DNA of 64,000 nt. Source: Gammaproteobacteria bacterium (GTDB lineage: Bacteria > Pseudomonadota > Gammaproteobacteria > UBA4575). This document shows positions 41,691-50,430 of the stretch, piece after piece. The first letter of the stretch is position 1. The number at the start of each line of letters is the position of its first letter. The stretch lies in the NCBI GenBank assembly GCA_013001685.1, contig JABDMD010000001.1, positions 10,101-74,100 of the forward strand, given 5' to 3'. Made by a program: the position numbers and the translations under genes. Under the pieces are notes generated by a model that was given only the letters and a program-made list of their open reading frames with translations, searched no databases and was not told the DNA's origin.

Positions 41691-42191
41691 TCAACCAAGG
41701 GCCTGCATTGCGGCATCGTAGTCAGGCTCATCAGCAATTTCGCCTACGAGTTCTGCATGCACTATTGAATTTTCTTGATCAAGCACAAGAAGTGCCCGTG
41801 CAGTAATCCCCGCCAGAGGACCGTCCTCTATTAACACTCCATAATCACGTGAAAACTCATTGGAGCGCATAATAGAAAGTGGATCGACGTTATCCACTCC
41901 TTCGGCCCCACAAAAACGCGACATCGCAAAAGGTAGATCTGCTGCGACAACCAATATCACAGTATCCTCATGATCTTTTGCATAGTCATTAAACTTCTTT
42001 GTAGAAGTTGCACATACTGGCGTATCTAAACTTGGAACAATACTTATAAGTTTTTTCTTACCAGGGAAAGAGGATAAAGATATATTTTCTAAATCTTTAT
42101 TCACCAACACAAAATCGGGCGCGGTCGAGCCTATTTCTGGAAGGTTCCCATTAGTGTGTATCTCATTTCCTTGCAATGTAATTTTTGCCAC
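41691..42191 (-). CDS. tpx: thiol peroxidase
   Basis: Tpx signature (SLDTPVCATS, peroxidatic/resolving Cys spacing); 166 aa. Confidence 0.85.
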   Translation of the reverse strand: MAKITLQGNEIHTNGNLPEIGSTAPDFVLVNKDLENISLSSFPGKKKLISIVPSLDTPVCATSTKKFNDYAKDHEDTVILVVAADLPFAMSRFCGAEGVDNVDPLSIMRSNEFSRDYGVLIEDGPLAGITARALLVLDQENSIVHAELVGEIADEPDYDAAMQALG

Positions 42192-42258
42192 TATTTTTTC
42201 TCCGAAATAACTTGTGTCATGGCTTATTTATATTTTTATAGTGTTTATTTTATGAACA

Positions 42259-42645
42259 CTAGACTGAAACTAAAGAATCATATTGGCTTGCATTCAATAG
42301 ACTGTCAATTAATGATTTATCTAATATTTCTACCTTGCACAACCAACCATTCTCATATGGGCCTTCATTTAATATCTCAGGGGAATCAACTAATTCCTCA
42401 TTGACTTCAATGATTTTGCATCCAACTGGTGCAAAAATATCACTAGCAACTTTTACAGATTCCACCACTGCACAAGCTTCCCCTAACTGATACACATTCC
42501 CAACTTTTGGTAATTCTACATATACGATATCTCCTAGCTCAGATTGTGCATACTCTGTTATACCTATCGCTGCAATTTCGTCGCTTTTCAACAGTAACCA
42601 AATATGCTCTTCTGAATATATACGATCATCAGGACTTTCATTCAT
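42259..42645 (-). CDS. gcvH: glycine-cleavage H-protein-like lipoyl carrier
   Basis: 128 aa. H-protein fold with the lipoyl-Lys motif ESVK(V)ASD. No gcvT or gcvP nearby. Confidence 0.7.
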   Translation of the reverse strand: MNESPDDRIYSEEHIWLLLKSDEIAAIGITEYAQSELGDIVYVELPKVGNVYQLGEACAVVESVKVASDIFAPVGCKIIEVNEELVDSPEILNEGPYENGWLCKVEILDKSLIDSLLNASQYDSLVSV

Positions 42646-42742
42646 AATTAATCCTCAGACACTTACTAATATTTAAAATACTTAAATTATAATTATAGAA
42701 AGTTTCATTCAAATACAAATGAACTATTAATATTAAACTACA

Positions 42743-43189
42743 ATGTACAAATTTATACTATTTGCTTTCATTGCTCTGCTTACTGCCTGCAATCAAGACT
42801 CCAAAAACACATTCACTACAAACGATGCTTGGGTGCGCGAAGCACCACCTAATGCATCTATGATGGCAGGCTATGTCACCCTTAAAAATAATACCGATCA
42901 AGATAGTTTTATTACCTATGTTAAAAGCAAACAATTCAACATGGTTGAAGTGCATCGCACCATAGTTGTAGATGGTGTAGCTAAGATGCGTCGTCAGGAT
43001 GACCTGCCGATTCCTGCTGGCAGCTCTCTTAAACTAGAACCAGGCAGCTACCATTTAATGTTGATGGGTCCTAAATCTGCACTTAAACTCAATGACGAGA
43101 TCACTGTGACATTAGGCATGAAGTTAGGAGATAAAATAGAAGACATAGACATTGTCATGCCAATCAAGAAACAGTTGACCAAAAATTAG
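42743..43189 (+). CDS. periplasmic copper chaperone PCu(A)C lipoprotein
   Basis: Lipobox LTAC. PCuAC pattern (..MVE.H.......V.KM.....L.IPAG....L.PGGYHLMLMG). Confidence 0.65.
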   Translation: MYKFILFAFIALLTACNQDSKNTFTTNDAWVREAPPNASMMAGYVTLKNNTDQDSFITYVKSKQFNMVEVHRTIVVDGVAKMRRQDDLPIPAGSSLKLEPGSYHLMLMGPKSALKLNDEITVTLGMKLGDKIEDIDIVMPIKKQLTKN

Positions 43190-43325
43190 GGGCAATAAAC
43201 AATAACCATAAATACAGCATGGCTATATAAGAGAATTACCTTTAATTATCGCACTAGCCGATTCTGAATTCGGTATCATCGCTAAAGAAATATAACTCTA
43301 GATCAGTAAATGATCTATCAAATTA

Positions 43326-44042
43326 TTGGTATTTGTCTTGAACGATTTTTCGCAAGCTTTCTCAAAAGCGATTCAACTCATTTTTCAATTAGACCCTGCT
43401 CTTTTAGAAATCATTGGCTTGTCTTTGCGTGTAAGCATAACTGCGGTTTTAATTGCCAGTTTAATCGGCTTACCATTGGGTGCCGCGTTGGCTTTATATA
43501 AATTTTATGGCCGAGGTATAATCGTTGCTCTACTGAACGCTTTTATGGGTTTACCGCCAGTAGTAGTTGGTTTAGTGGTATATTTGATTTTATCGCGCTC
43601 AGGTCCACTTGGTGTTTTAGGTTTGTTGTTTACACCCACTGCAATGATCATTGCGCAAGTTTGTTTAATTACACCCATCATTGCTGCACTTACGCGCCAA
43701 ACTATTCTTGATGCAAATGTTGAATATCATGAGCAACTTCGTGCATTAGGTGCCAAAGCCTCGCGCATGATGAAAACGCTTTTATGGGAAACACGTTTTA
43801 GTTTAATGACTGGTGTGTTTGCAGGTTTTGGTCGCGCGATTGCCGAAGTCGGCGCAGTGCTAATAGTTGGCGGCAACATTAATCATGCAACGCGCGTCAT
43901 GACCACCGCTATTGCATTGGAAACTCGCAAAGGAGACATCGAACTCGCCCTCGCATTGGGCATCATTCTAATAACCATTTCGTTAATTGTTACTTCACTT
44001 GTTATGAGTGCCAAACATGCTGCATACCAATATCATAGCTAA
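43326..44042 (+). CDS. ABC transporter permease (tungstate TupB-like)
   Basis: 6-TM permease with an EAA-like loop; resembles TupB/ModB-type permeases. Confidence 0.6.
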   Translation: MVFVLNDFSQAFSKAIQLIFQLDPALLEIIGLSLRVSITAVLIASLIGLPLGAALALYKFYGRGIIVALLNAFMGLPPVVVGLVVYLILSRSGPLGVLGLLFTPTAMIIAQVCLITPIIAALTRQTILDANVEYHEQLRALGAKASRMMKTLLWETRFSLMTGVFAGFGRAIAEVGAVLIVGGNINHATRVMTTAIALETRKGDIELALALGIILITISLIVTSLVMSAKHAAYQYHS

Positions 44043-44043
44043 C

Positions 44044-44772
44044 ATGAACGAAGTAAATGCGTTGCCATTGCAGGTGAAAAATCTGCAAATTACAAAAAAC
44101 GGCAACGTATTATTAAAAGATGTTACGCTTTCAATTGAATCCAATAATGTAACCGTAATTCTTGGCCCAAATGGTGCTGGCAAAAGCCTTTTATTACGTT
44201 GTGCACATGGATTAGAAAATTTATCCAAAGGTTCACTGATGTGGAATACGAATATTCCTCAACCTCAACAATCTTGGCGTGCATATATTTTTCAAAAACC
44301 TGTGTTATTACGCCGCAGTGTGCGCGCCAATCTCGAATATGTTTTGTCTCTACATAGCATTAATAAAGCCAACTACGCTTCATTGATCGATGCAGCTCTA
44401 AAAAACACAGGCCTAGGCCAGTTAGCGGATCGCAACGCACGTGTGTTATCAGGTGGAGAACAACAGCGCTTAAACATTGCCCGCGCCTGGGTTCTACAGC
44501 CAAGAGTAATACTGCTAGATGAACCAACTGCAGAATTAGACCCTAATGGCACTGCGGGCATAGAACGTTTAATCATGACAATTGCCCAAGAAGGCACTAA
44601 AATTATTATGTCGACACATGACCTAGGTCAGGCACATAGATTAGCCAATGACATAGTCTTCTTGCATCAAGGAAGATTAATCGAACGCACACCTGCTCAG
44701 TCCTTCTTTGAACAACCACAAACTAAAATGGCGCAAGACTTCATTGCCGGAAAATTACTGAATGGAGAATAA
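44044..44772 (+). CDS. ABC transporter ATP-binding protein (TupC-like)
   Basis: Walker A GPNGAGKS, signature LSGGEQQR, Walker B ILLDEPT. ATG is 1 nt after the permease stop; the track ORF starts upstream at 44008. Confidence 0.7.
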   Translation: MNEVNALPLQVKNLQITKNGNVLLKDVTLSIESNNVTVILGPNGAGKSLLLRCAHGLENLSKGSLMWNTNIPQPQQSWRAYIFQKPVLLRRSVRANLEYVLSLHSINKANYASLIDAALKNTGLGQLADRNARVLSGGEQQRLNIARAWVLQPRVILLDEPTAELDPNGTAGIERLIMTIAQEGTKIIMSTHDLGQAHRLANDIVFLHQGRLIERTPAQSFFEQPQTKMAQDFIAGKLLNGE

Positions 44773-44777
44773 TAAAT

Positions 44778-45617
44778 ATGAAGCGAGTTTTAACTACCAT
44801 CCTTCTAATTCTCATTACTATGAGTGTAGTGATTGCTGAGGAAGAGTCTTTTATTACACTCTCCTCGACCACCTCTACAGACAACTCTGGCTTGTTAGAT
44901 TATTTAATTCCAAAATTTAAAGACAAAACTGGTATCGATGTACGTGTAATAGCGGTAGGCACTGGACGTGCATTACAACTAGGGGAACGTGGCGATGCAG
45001 ACCTAGTATTAGTACACCACAAAACTTCTGAGGTAAAATTTATAGAAAATGGTTTCGGAATCAAGCGCCGTGATGTCATGTATAATGATTATGTAATTGT
45101 TGGACCAAAAGATGATCCTGCAAACATCAAATACTTAACAAAAGCAGTTGAAGCCTTTAAATTGATCAGTGAACACAAAGTGCCTTTCATTTCTCGTGGG
45201 GATGAAAGCGGCACGCATAAGAAAGAACTTGAACTGTGGTCACTTGCGAAGATTGATATACAAAAATATAGCGGAGATTGGTATCGCGAAGCGGGTGCAG
45301 GTATGGGTGCAACCCTTAACATCGCTAATGGTATGAATGCCTACACCATGACCGACCGCGGTACATGGCTATCCTTCAAAAACCGCGATGACTTAACCTT
45401 ATTATTTGAGAACGATCCACCATTGTTTAATCAATATGGAGTGATTTTGGTTAATCCAGAACGCCATGAGCATATTAAATATCAGCAAGCCAAACTTTTC
45501 TCAGACTGGCTAACTTCGAATGAAGGCCAACAAGCCATTGCAGAATTTGCCTTAGAAAATCAGCAGTTATTTTTCCCGAACGCCCAGCGAGAAATTGCTA
45601 CAGTTGAGACTGAGTAA
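44778..45617 (+). CDS. ABC transporter substrate-binding protein (tungstate TupA-like)
   Basis: Signal peptide, then a TSTDNSGLLDYL-type motif characteristic of the TupA/WtpA oxyanion-binding family. Confidence 0.6.
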   Translation: MKRVLTTILLILITMSVVIAEEESFITLSSTTSTDNSGLLDYLIPKFKDKTGIDVRVIAVGTGRALQLGERGDADLVLVHHKTSEVKFIENGFGIKRRDVMYNDYVIVGPKDDPANIKYLTKAVEAFKLISEHKVPFISRGDESGTHKKELELWSLAKIDIQKYSGDWYREAGAGMGATLNIANGMNAYTMTDRGTWLSFKNRDDLTLLFENDPPLFNQYGVILVNPERHEHIKYQQAKLFSDWLTSNEGQQAIAEFALENQQLFFPNAQREIATVETE

Positions 45618-45680
45618 TATTCTAACTCATTGAACAACAAAATATTATCGAGTGCTCTATATTTTAGTTAGAGCACGAAA

Positions 45681-46028
45681 ATGGATATCAACGAAATATT
45701 AGCAATCTTATTCACCATTCCTAATTGGGCATGGGTAGTTGGTGGCTTTATCGTATTTGCAATGCTATTTAGTGACCGAAAACTTTGGGAACTTGAAGTT
45801 AAGTTCCCAATGAAACCTGGCGTTGGCCGAGGCGAAATTGAACTTGAATGCCATAAATAGAAAGGCAGTTCCATAGAAGTGGAATTTCAACTTGAAAACT
45901 TATTCAATAATAAAAAGATTGAGGTTCTATTTAATAATAGGATTATTTACACCGTACCAGAGTCAAAAATTACTGGCTCACGAATTTATATCAATGAAAA
46001 ATTGGATATTCAGAAGGCTCTAAGGTAG
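45681..46028 (+). pseudogene. hypothetical membrane-anchored protein with an in-frame amber codon (TAG 45858-45860)
   Basis: A 59-codon ORF ends at TAG, but the same frame stays open for 55 more codons up to TAG 46026-46028. Unlikely by chance in AT-rich DNA. Confidence 0.35.
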
Positions 46029-46113
46029 AAGTAAATATTGGTGGGCAAAAACAATTTTAAGGCGTACTTCTATGAGACTAAACATGCGGGTTTATAAATC
46101 TCAGTGAACAATA

Positions 46114-46389
46114 ATGAAAGTCTTTTCGATATTCATTCTCTTCCCTCTTTCAGCATTTGTCATTGGTATTATCTTTCTAGTTTTATATAAAAAATCTAAA
46201 TCTAAAATCTCAATGATTACCGGAATACTCTGGGTGCTATATTCGATATACGAATTTCTTATATACATACGAATATTATGCACAGGCGAATGCAATATTC
46301 GAATAGATTTATTAATTATATACCCTCTGCTAGTATTTCTTTCGCTAGCTTCTATATTTTTTTACTTCACCCGCAAAAATAAAACATGA
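46114..46389 (+). CDS. small integral membrane protein
   Basis: 91 aa, 3 TM; its stop overlaps the next start. Confidence 0.4.
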   Translation: MKVFSIFILFPLSAFVIGIIFLVLYKKSKSKISMITGILWVLYSIYEFLIYIRILCTGECNIRIDLLIIYPLLVFLSLASIFFYFTRKNKT

Positions 46390-46877
46390 GTGAAAAAAGA
46401 TATTTATATAAACCTAAAATACTCACATATGTTTTAGTTACTATAGGATTTGCAATAGCTGGAGCAATATTAAGCAAAGTTGCTTTATCTAATACTCAAG
46501 GTGTAATTATAAATCGCTTCATTGAGCTCTCTGTTAAGAATGCAACTATTTTTTACTGGTGCCTAGTTGGCGCTTCTGCAATATTTGTTGTCATAGGTAT
46601 TCTATGCATTTACTCAGCTATTACCTCAAAAAACGAAATTATCCTTACCGATACAGGGTTTTCAGCACCGAAAAGACTGATTGGTAATAAGACAGTCTCC
46701 ATAAACTATTCAGACATAACTCATTTAGCACCTATCAATGTTCACAGACAAAAGATGCTTATAATTAAGCATATAAATAGAAATATAACTATTCAACAAA
46801 GCGCAATGCCAAATAAACAAGCGTATGATGAAGTCGTAAATATCATTACAACTAAAGCACAGTCTTTAAAAGGTTAA
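46386..46877 (+). CDS. membrane protein with a C-terminal bacterial PH-like domain
   Basis: 163 aa: 2 TM helices followed by a soluble beta-rich domain. Confidence 0.4.
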   Translation: MSEKRYLYKPKILTYVLVTIGFAIAGAILSKVALSNTQGVIINRFIELSVKNATIFYWCLVGASAIFVVIGILCIYSAITSKNEIILTDTGFSAPKRLIGNKTVSINYSDITHLAPINVHRQKMLIIKHINRNITIQQSAMPNKQAYDEVVNIITTKAQSLKG

Positions 46878-46880
46878 TGA

Positions 46881-47306
46881 ATGAAACACATCATAACTGC
46901 GCTTCTCATTTCACCTGCATTATTAAGTGTTGCACATGCAGAATCATCAAATGTAGAAAAATATAAGCAAGTCTACGTTGAACAAATCACTCCGATTCTA
47001 AAAAAACAGTTTGTAGATGCGTTAGCAACAGAAGCAGACCCTGAAGCGAAACTCTCTTTTGTTGCCAATGGCATGGCGAACTGCCAAGTTGAAACCATAA
47101 GTGCCTACCCACAAAAATATCAAGATGCTTCCATCAACCCCGTTGCTGAAGGTGGAGATTTAAGTGAAGTCACAAAGCAAGTAAATAAAATGATCAAAGC
47201 TGATATCGAAAGCGGCGCGATTTCAGAAGAAGATTTTAAAGCCATGGTAGAAAGTGCGACAGAAAAGTATATTAACTGTACAAAGGCGCTTGAAAAACAG
47301 CTTTAA
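46881..47306 (+). CDS. secreted alpha-helical protein
   Basis: Signal peptide MKHIITALLISPALLSVAHA; 3-nt gap from the previous gene. Confidence 0.45.
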   Translation: MKHIITALLISPALLSVAHAESSNVEKYKQVYVEQITPILKKQFVDALATEADPEAKLSFVANGMANCQVETISAYPQKYQDASINPVAEGGDLSEVTKQVNKMIKADIESGAISEEDFKAMVESATEKYINCTKALEKQL

Positions 47307-47316
47307 TATAAAGAGC

Positions 47317-47350
47317 TAATGTCCGCTTTCGGCCAGTAGTAATCATCATT
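47317..47350. repeat. direct repeat copy A (TAATGTCCGCTTTCGGCCAGTAGTAATCATCATT)
   Basis: About 70% identical to copy B at 47788-47819; the pair brackets the cupin-like gene. Confidence 0.4.
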
Positions 47351-47415
47351 AGTTTGTGTTATCAACGATTTGACTCGGGTACGAAATTTCAAGAATTATG
47401 CAACCAGTCTCTGTT

Positions 47416-47727
47416 TTAAATGGACCGTGAACTTCTCCAAGGGGGTCTGCTTGCATAGCCCCCAACTTCAAACCAAGTTTCAAAAGCCGCATCATAAAGC
47501 TTCCCCTCAATAACCAAAATTTCTTCTGGGTATTCGTGACTCTTTTCACCAAATTTGGATGTGTCTGCACCTGGCTTAAATCGAGTTAGTCTTGTGTAGT
47601 CGCCAGTTGTCTCATCAATGGCTAAAGTTAACTCTTCTGCATACTCTTCCATTCCTTCAATAGGGCTCCATTGATTTTTATTCTCAATTAGCAATGGGTT
47701 CCAATATGTATTAGTCGATTTCGACAT
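47416..47727 (-). CDS. cupin-like small protein, probably frame-split at a C5/G5 homopolymer
   Basis: HEYPEEILVIEG (cupin motif-1-like). The P-x-G-x-x-H motif-2 element (PLGEVH) lies in the adjacent frame (track ORF 47349..47570), immediately after ccccc at 47441-47445. Confidence 0.4.
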   Translation of the reverse strand: MSKSTNTYWNPLLIENKNQWSPIEGMEEYAEELTLAIDETTGDYTRLTRFKPGADTSKFGEKSHEYPEEILVIEGKLYDAAFETWFEVGGYASRPPWRSSRSI

Positions 47728-47787
47728 CGTTTAATTAAATGTGATAGTAAACTTTTGACAATAGTTAAACTCAATTGGTAACAAACC

Positions 47788-47819
47788 GTAATGTCCGCTT
47801 TGGGTCGTTAGCACTCATT
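47788..47819. repeat. direct repeat copy B (TAATGTCCGCTTTGGGTCGTTAGCACTCATTC)
   Basis: See copy A. Confidence 0.4.
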
Positions 47820-49024
47820 CAACGTGCGTAAGTAGGTCTATCCTTACCTAACCCCATCGCATGTTTCATAAAAAACTTTTTCACAGGTTGAATTGAATCT
47901 GCTGTTCTCAAAGCCACATTTCTTGCCTTCACTATCGTAGCGTTGCTAGAACCAAACGCTGCCACAAAGGTATCCATCGCACTTTGCATGATTTGTGTTT
48001 CTCCCACCCTAGCACGTTCATACTTCCGTAAAACTTTTAAGCTACCGATATCACGTTTTGCATGTTCTAGAACATCTGTTAACACTGCAGCATCGGTAAA
48101 CCCTAAATTTGCTCCTTGGCCTGCAAGTGGATGAAGTGCATGTGCAGCATCCCCCACAAGTGCAATGCGCGATTGCACCATGCTATCCGCTTGCCCTGAC
48201 ACTAATGGAAAGGCTACACAATTAGACTTTAATGTGATTTTGCCGAGTTGCATGTTGCTAGCTTGAGTCAAAGCATTTGCAAACTCATGTTCATTGAGTT
48301 TCATTAGTTCATCTGCGTAATCTTCGCTCACCGACCAGACAATCGAACATTGGCCATTGTTTAACGGAAGCAATGCTAGTGGCCCAGTAGATAAGAAACG
48401 TTGCCATGCTGTATTTTCATGCGGATGCTCCGTTTCCACTAATGCAACCAAACCCATTTGCTGATAACTTTTTTCAGTGTAAGCAATTTCTGTCAAATTT
48501 CGCACAGTGGAACGACCACCATCTGCACCCACTACTAACTTAGCGGAAATTACACTGCCGCTAGCTAACTCAAGTTCTGCATGATCTTGAAAGGTAATCA
48601 CTTTGCTTATCTGCTCAGGCAAAAACCATTCAACATCACTCTGTTGTTGCAAGTTTTCATGCAAACTAGCTTGAATCACTACGTTTTCTACAATATGCCC
48701 AAGATTATTTCGCTGTAGATCATTCGCATTAAAGTGAATATTAGAATTACCTTTTTCATCCCATACATGCATGTCTGTAAAAGGTGAAACCCGCTTGGAT
48801 TGCATGGCTGACCATGCGCCTACATATTCAAAGATAGCTTGCGAACCTGGGCTTACTGCAGTGACACGTGATTGATAATCTTGATTATCTTTAAATACTT
48901 CGACTTCGCTTCGGTCTACAATTGCAATCGACCTACCTTGTTTAGCTAACAAATTTGCCAGCGTGAGTCCGACTATGCCGGCGCCTACTACGACAACATC
49001 AACTGTTACGTGCTCAGAACACAA
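47819..49024 (-). CDS. ubiI: FAD-dependent ubiquinone-biosynthesis monooxygenase (UbiI/VisC-like)
   Basis: GAGIVGL FAD motif and UbiH/UbiF-family pattern; sits downstream of ubiH as in E. coli ubiH-ubiI. Confidence 0.7.
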   Translation of the reverse strand: MCSEHVTVDVVVVGAGIVGLTLANLLAKQGRSIAIVDRSEVEVFKDNQDYQSRVTAVSPGSQAIFEYVGAWSAMQSKRVSPFTDMHVWDEKGNSNIHFNANDLQRNNLGHIVENVVIQASLHENLQQQSDVEWFLPEQISKVITFQDHAELELASGSVISAKLVVGADGGRSTVRNLTEIAYTEKSYQQMGLVALVETEHPHENTAWQRFLSTGPLALLPLNNGQCSIVWSVSEDYADELMKLNEHEFANALTQASNMQLGKITLKSNCVAFPLVSGQADSMVQSRIALVGDAAHALHPLAGQGANLGFTDAAVLTDVLEHAKRDIGSLKVLRKYERARVGETQIMQSAMDTFVAAFGSSNATIVKARNVALRTADSIQPVKKFFMKHAMGLGKDRPTYAR

Positions 49025-49146
49025 AAGAAGTACCTCTAAGAGAACTGTGCTTTAAAAAAGTCTCTTTCATGAATTAACCACAATACCTCTAAGCAGGCTT
49101 GCATCAGAACCTGTAATAACAACGATAATTATAGAATACCCGGTTG

Positions 49147-50370
49147 TCATGGGTTAATCATGTGTCCACGCAGAAGGCTGACATTAGATCCTGATTCACC
49201 CAAATTCTGTTTCACTATCCGCTCTTCCAATACCGGAATTGCTCCCAGCATAGCCAATCCTAATCCTCGTGATTGTTTTAACACTGGATAATCAGTATTA
49301 AATAAGAAATTAAGTCGGTCGGTAAAGCGAATAGTCTTTTCGATATCCGGATGGCGTTTGTCTGCATAGATATCCAATTTTTCATCAACATTCTGCAAAT
49401 CATTTTCATTTAATAACTCTACGAGCTCAGCAATATCTCTCAATGCAAGATTTAACCCTTGGCCTGCGATAGGATGCAATGTTTGTGCAGCATTACCAAT
49501 CAACACCACGCGTTGTTGTACGCGTTGATGGCTCATTAATAAGGCCAGTGGATAAGCAAAGCGTTTGCTCACCGATTGAAAATGACCTAAACGAAAGCCA
49601 AAAGCCTGTTGGAGTTTATCTTTAAAAGCCTGATCGCTCAGTGTTAGATGATTTTCTGCAGCCTCGGTTGGGTTCATCCAGATAAAACCGCAACGATTCC
49701 CTTCTCTTGGCAATAAGGCTAACGGACCCTCTTCTGTAAAGCGTTCATAAGCGGTGTTATTATGCGCTTGTTCGCACTCGACACTGCCAACGATGGCAGA
49801 CTGTTGATATTGTTTTTCTTCTAAGCCAATACCCAATGCTTTGCGAATAAAAGAATTAGCGCCATCTGCAGCAATAAGCAAGGTTGCTTGTACTGTTTCA
49901 CCATCATTTTGTTTTAAAATGACATGATTGCTGTGGTTTTCAATTGCGGAAACTTTATAGGGTTGCAAACGAGTGACATTATCTAAACTATCTACCTGAT
50001 TATTTAATGTATTTATCAAGTGATCTGCAGGCACCAAGTACCCAAAGCTTTCTACTGCGTAACGCGTGCTGTCTAAACGTGTTGCACCAAAGCGGCCTTG
50101 GTCTGATATATGAATTTTTTTAATTGCAGTGGCATGCTCTTGCAAGTTATCCCACAATCCTAATGCATATAGCATTTTTTTTGAGGATAGTGCGAGTGCA
50201 ATGCTACGACCATCGAGACTATCGGCTTTGAGTTGGATATCAGCCAGTGGTTGAGAATCAATTAATACGATCTTGTAAGAAGACGAAGTCAGTGAGCTTG
50301 CTAATGCAATGGCCAAGCTGCTGCCGACTAAACCGCCTCCGACTACTGCGATATCGTAATGTGAAGCCAT
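49147..50370 (-). CDS. ubiH: 2-octaprenyl-6-methoxyphenol hydroxylase
   Basis: GGGLVG FAD motif and UbiH-family signature; pepP-ubiH synteny. Confidence 0.7.
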   Translation of the reverse strand: MASHYDIAVVGGGLVGSSLAIALASSLTSSSYKIVLIDSQPLADIQLKADSLDGRSIALALSSKKMLYALGLWDNLQEHATAIKKIHISDQGRFGATRLDSTRYAVESFGYLVPADHLINTLNNQVDSLDNVTRLQPYKVSAIENHSNHVILKQNDGETVQATLLIAADGANSFIRKALGIGLEEKQYQQSAIVGSVECEQAHNNTAYERFTEEGPLALLPREGNRCGFIWMNPTEAAENHLTLSDQAFKDKLQQAFGFRLGHFQSVSKRFAYPLALLMSHQRVQQRVVLIGNAAQTLHPIAGQGLNLALRDIAELVELLNENDLQNVDEKLDIYADKRHPDIEKTIRFTDRLNFLFNTDYPVLKQSRGLGLAMLGAIPVLEERIVKQNLGESGSNVSLLRGHMINP

Positions 50371-50430
50371 GAGTAAAATTCTGAATTAATAAGTTGCTAT
50401 GTCGTATTGAGAAGGCATGACAGAGAATAT

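Noticed and set aside
45668-45874. 68-aa minus-strand ORF
   Set aside because: It is antisense to the amber-interrupted +-strand reading frame.
47317-47819. Direct repeats considered as IS or transposon ends
   Set aside because: No transposase or integrase ORF lies between or near them and there are no terminal inverted repeats, so they are reported only as cassette-flanking repeats of unknown mechanism.
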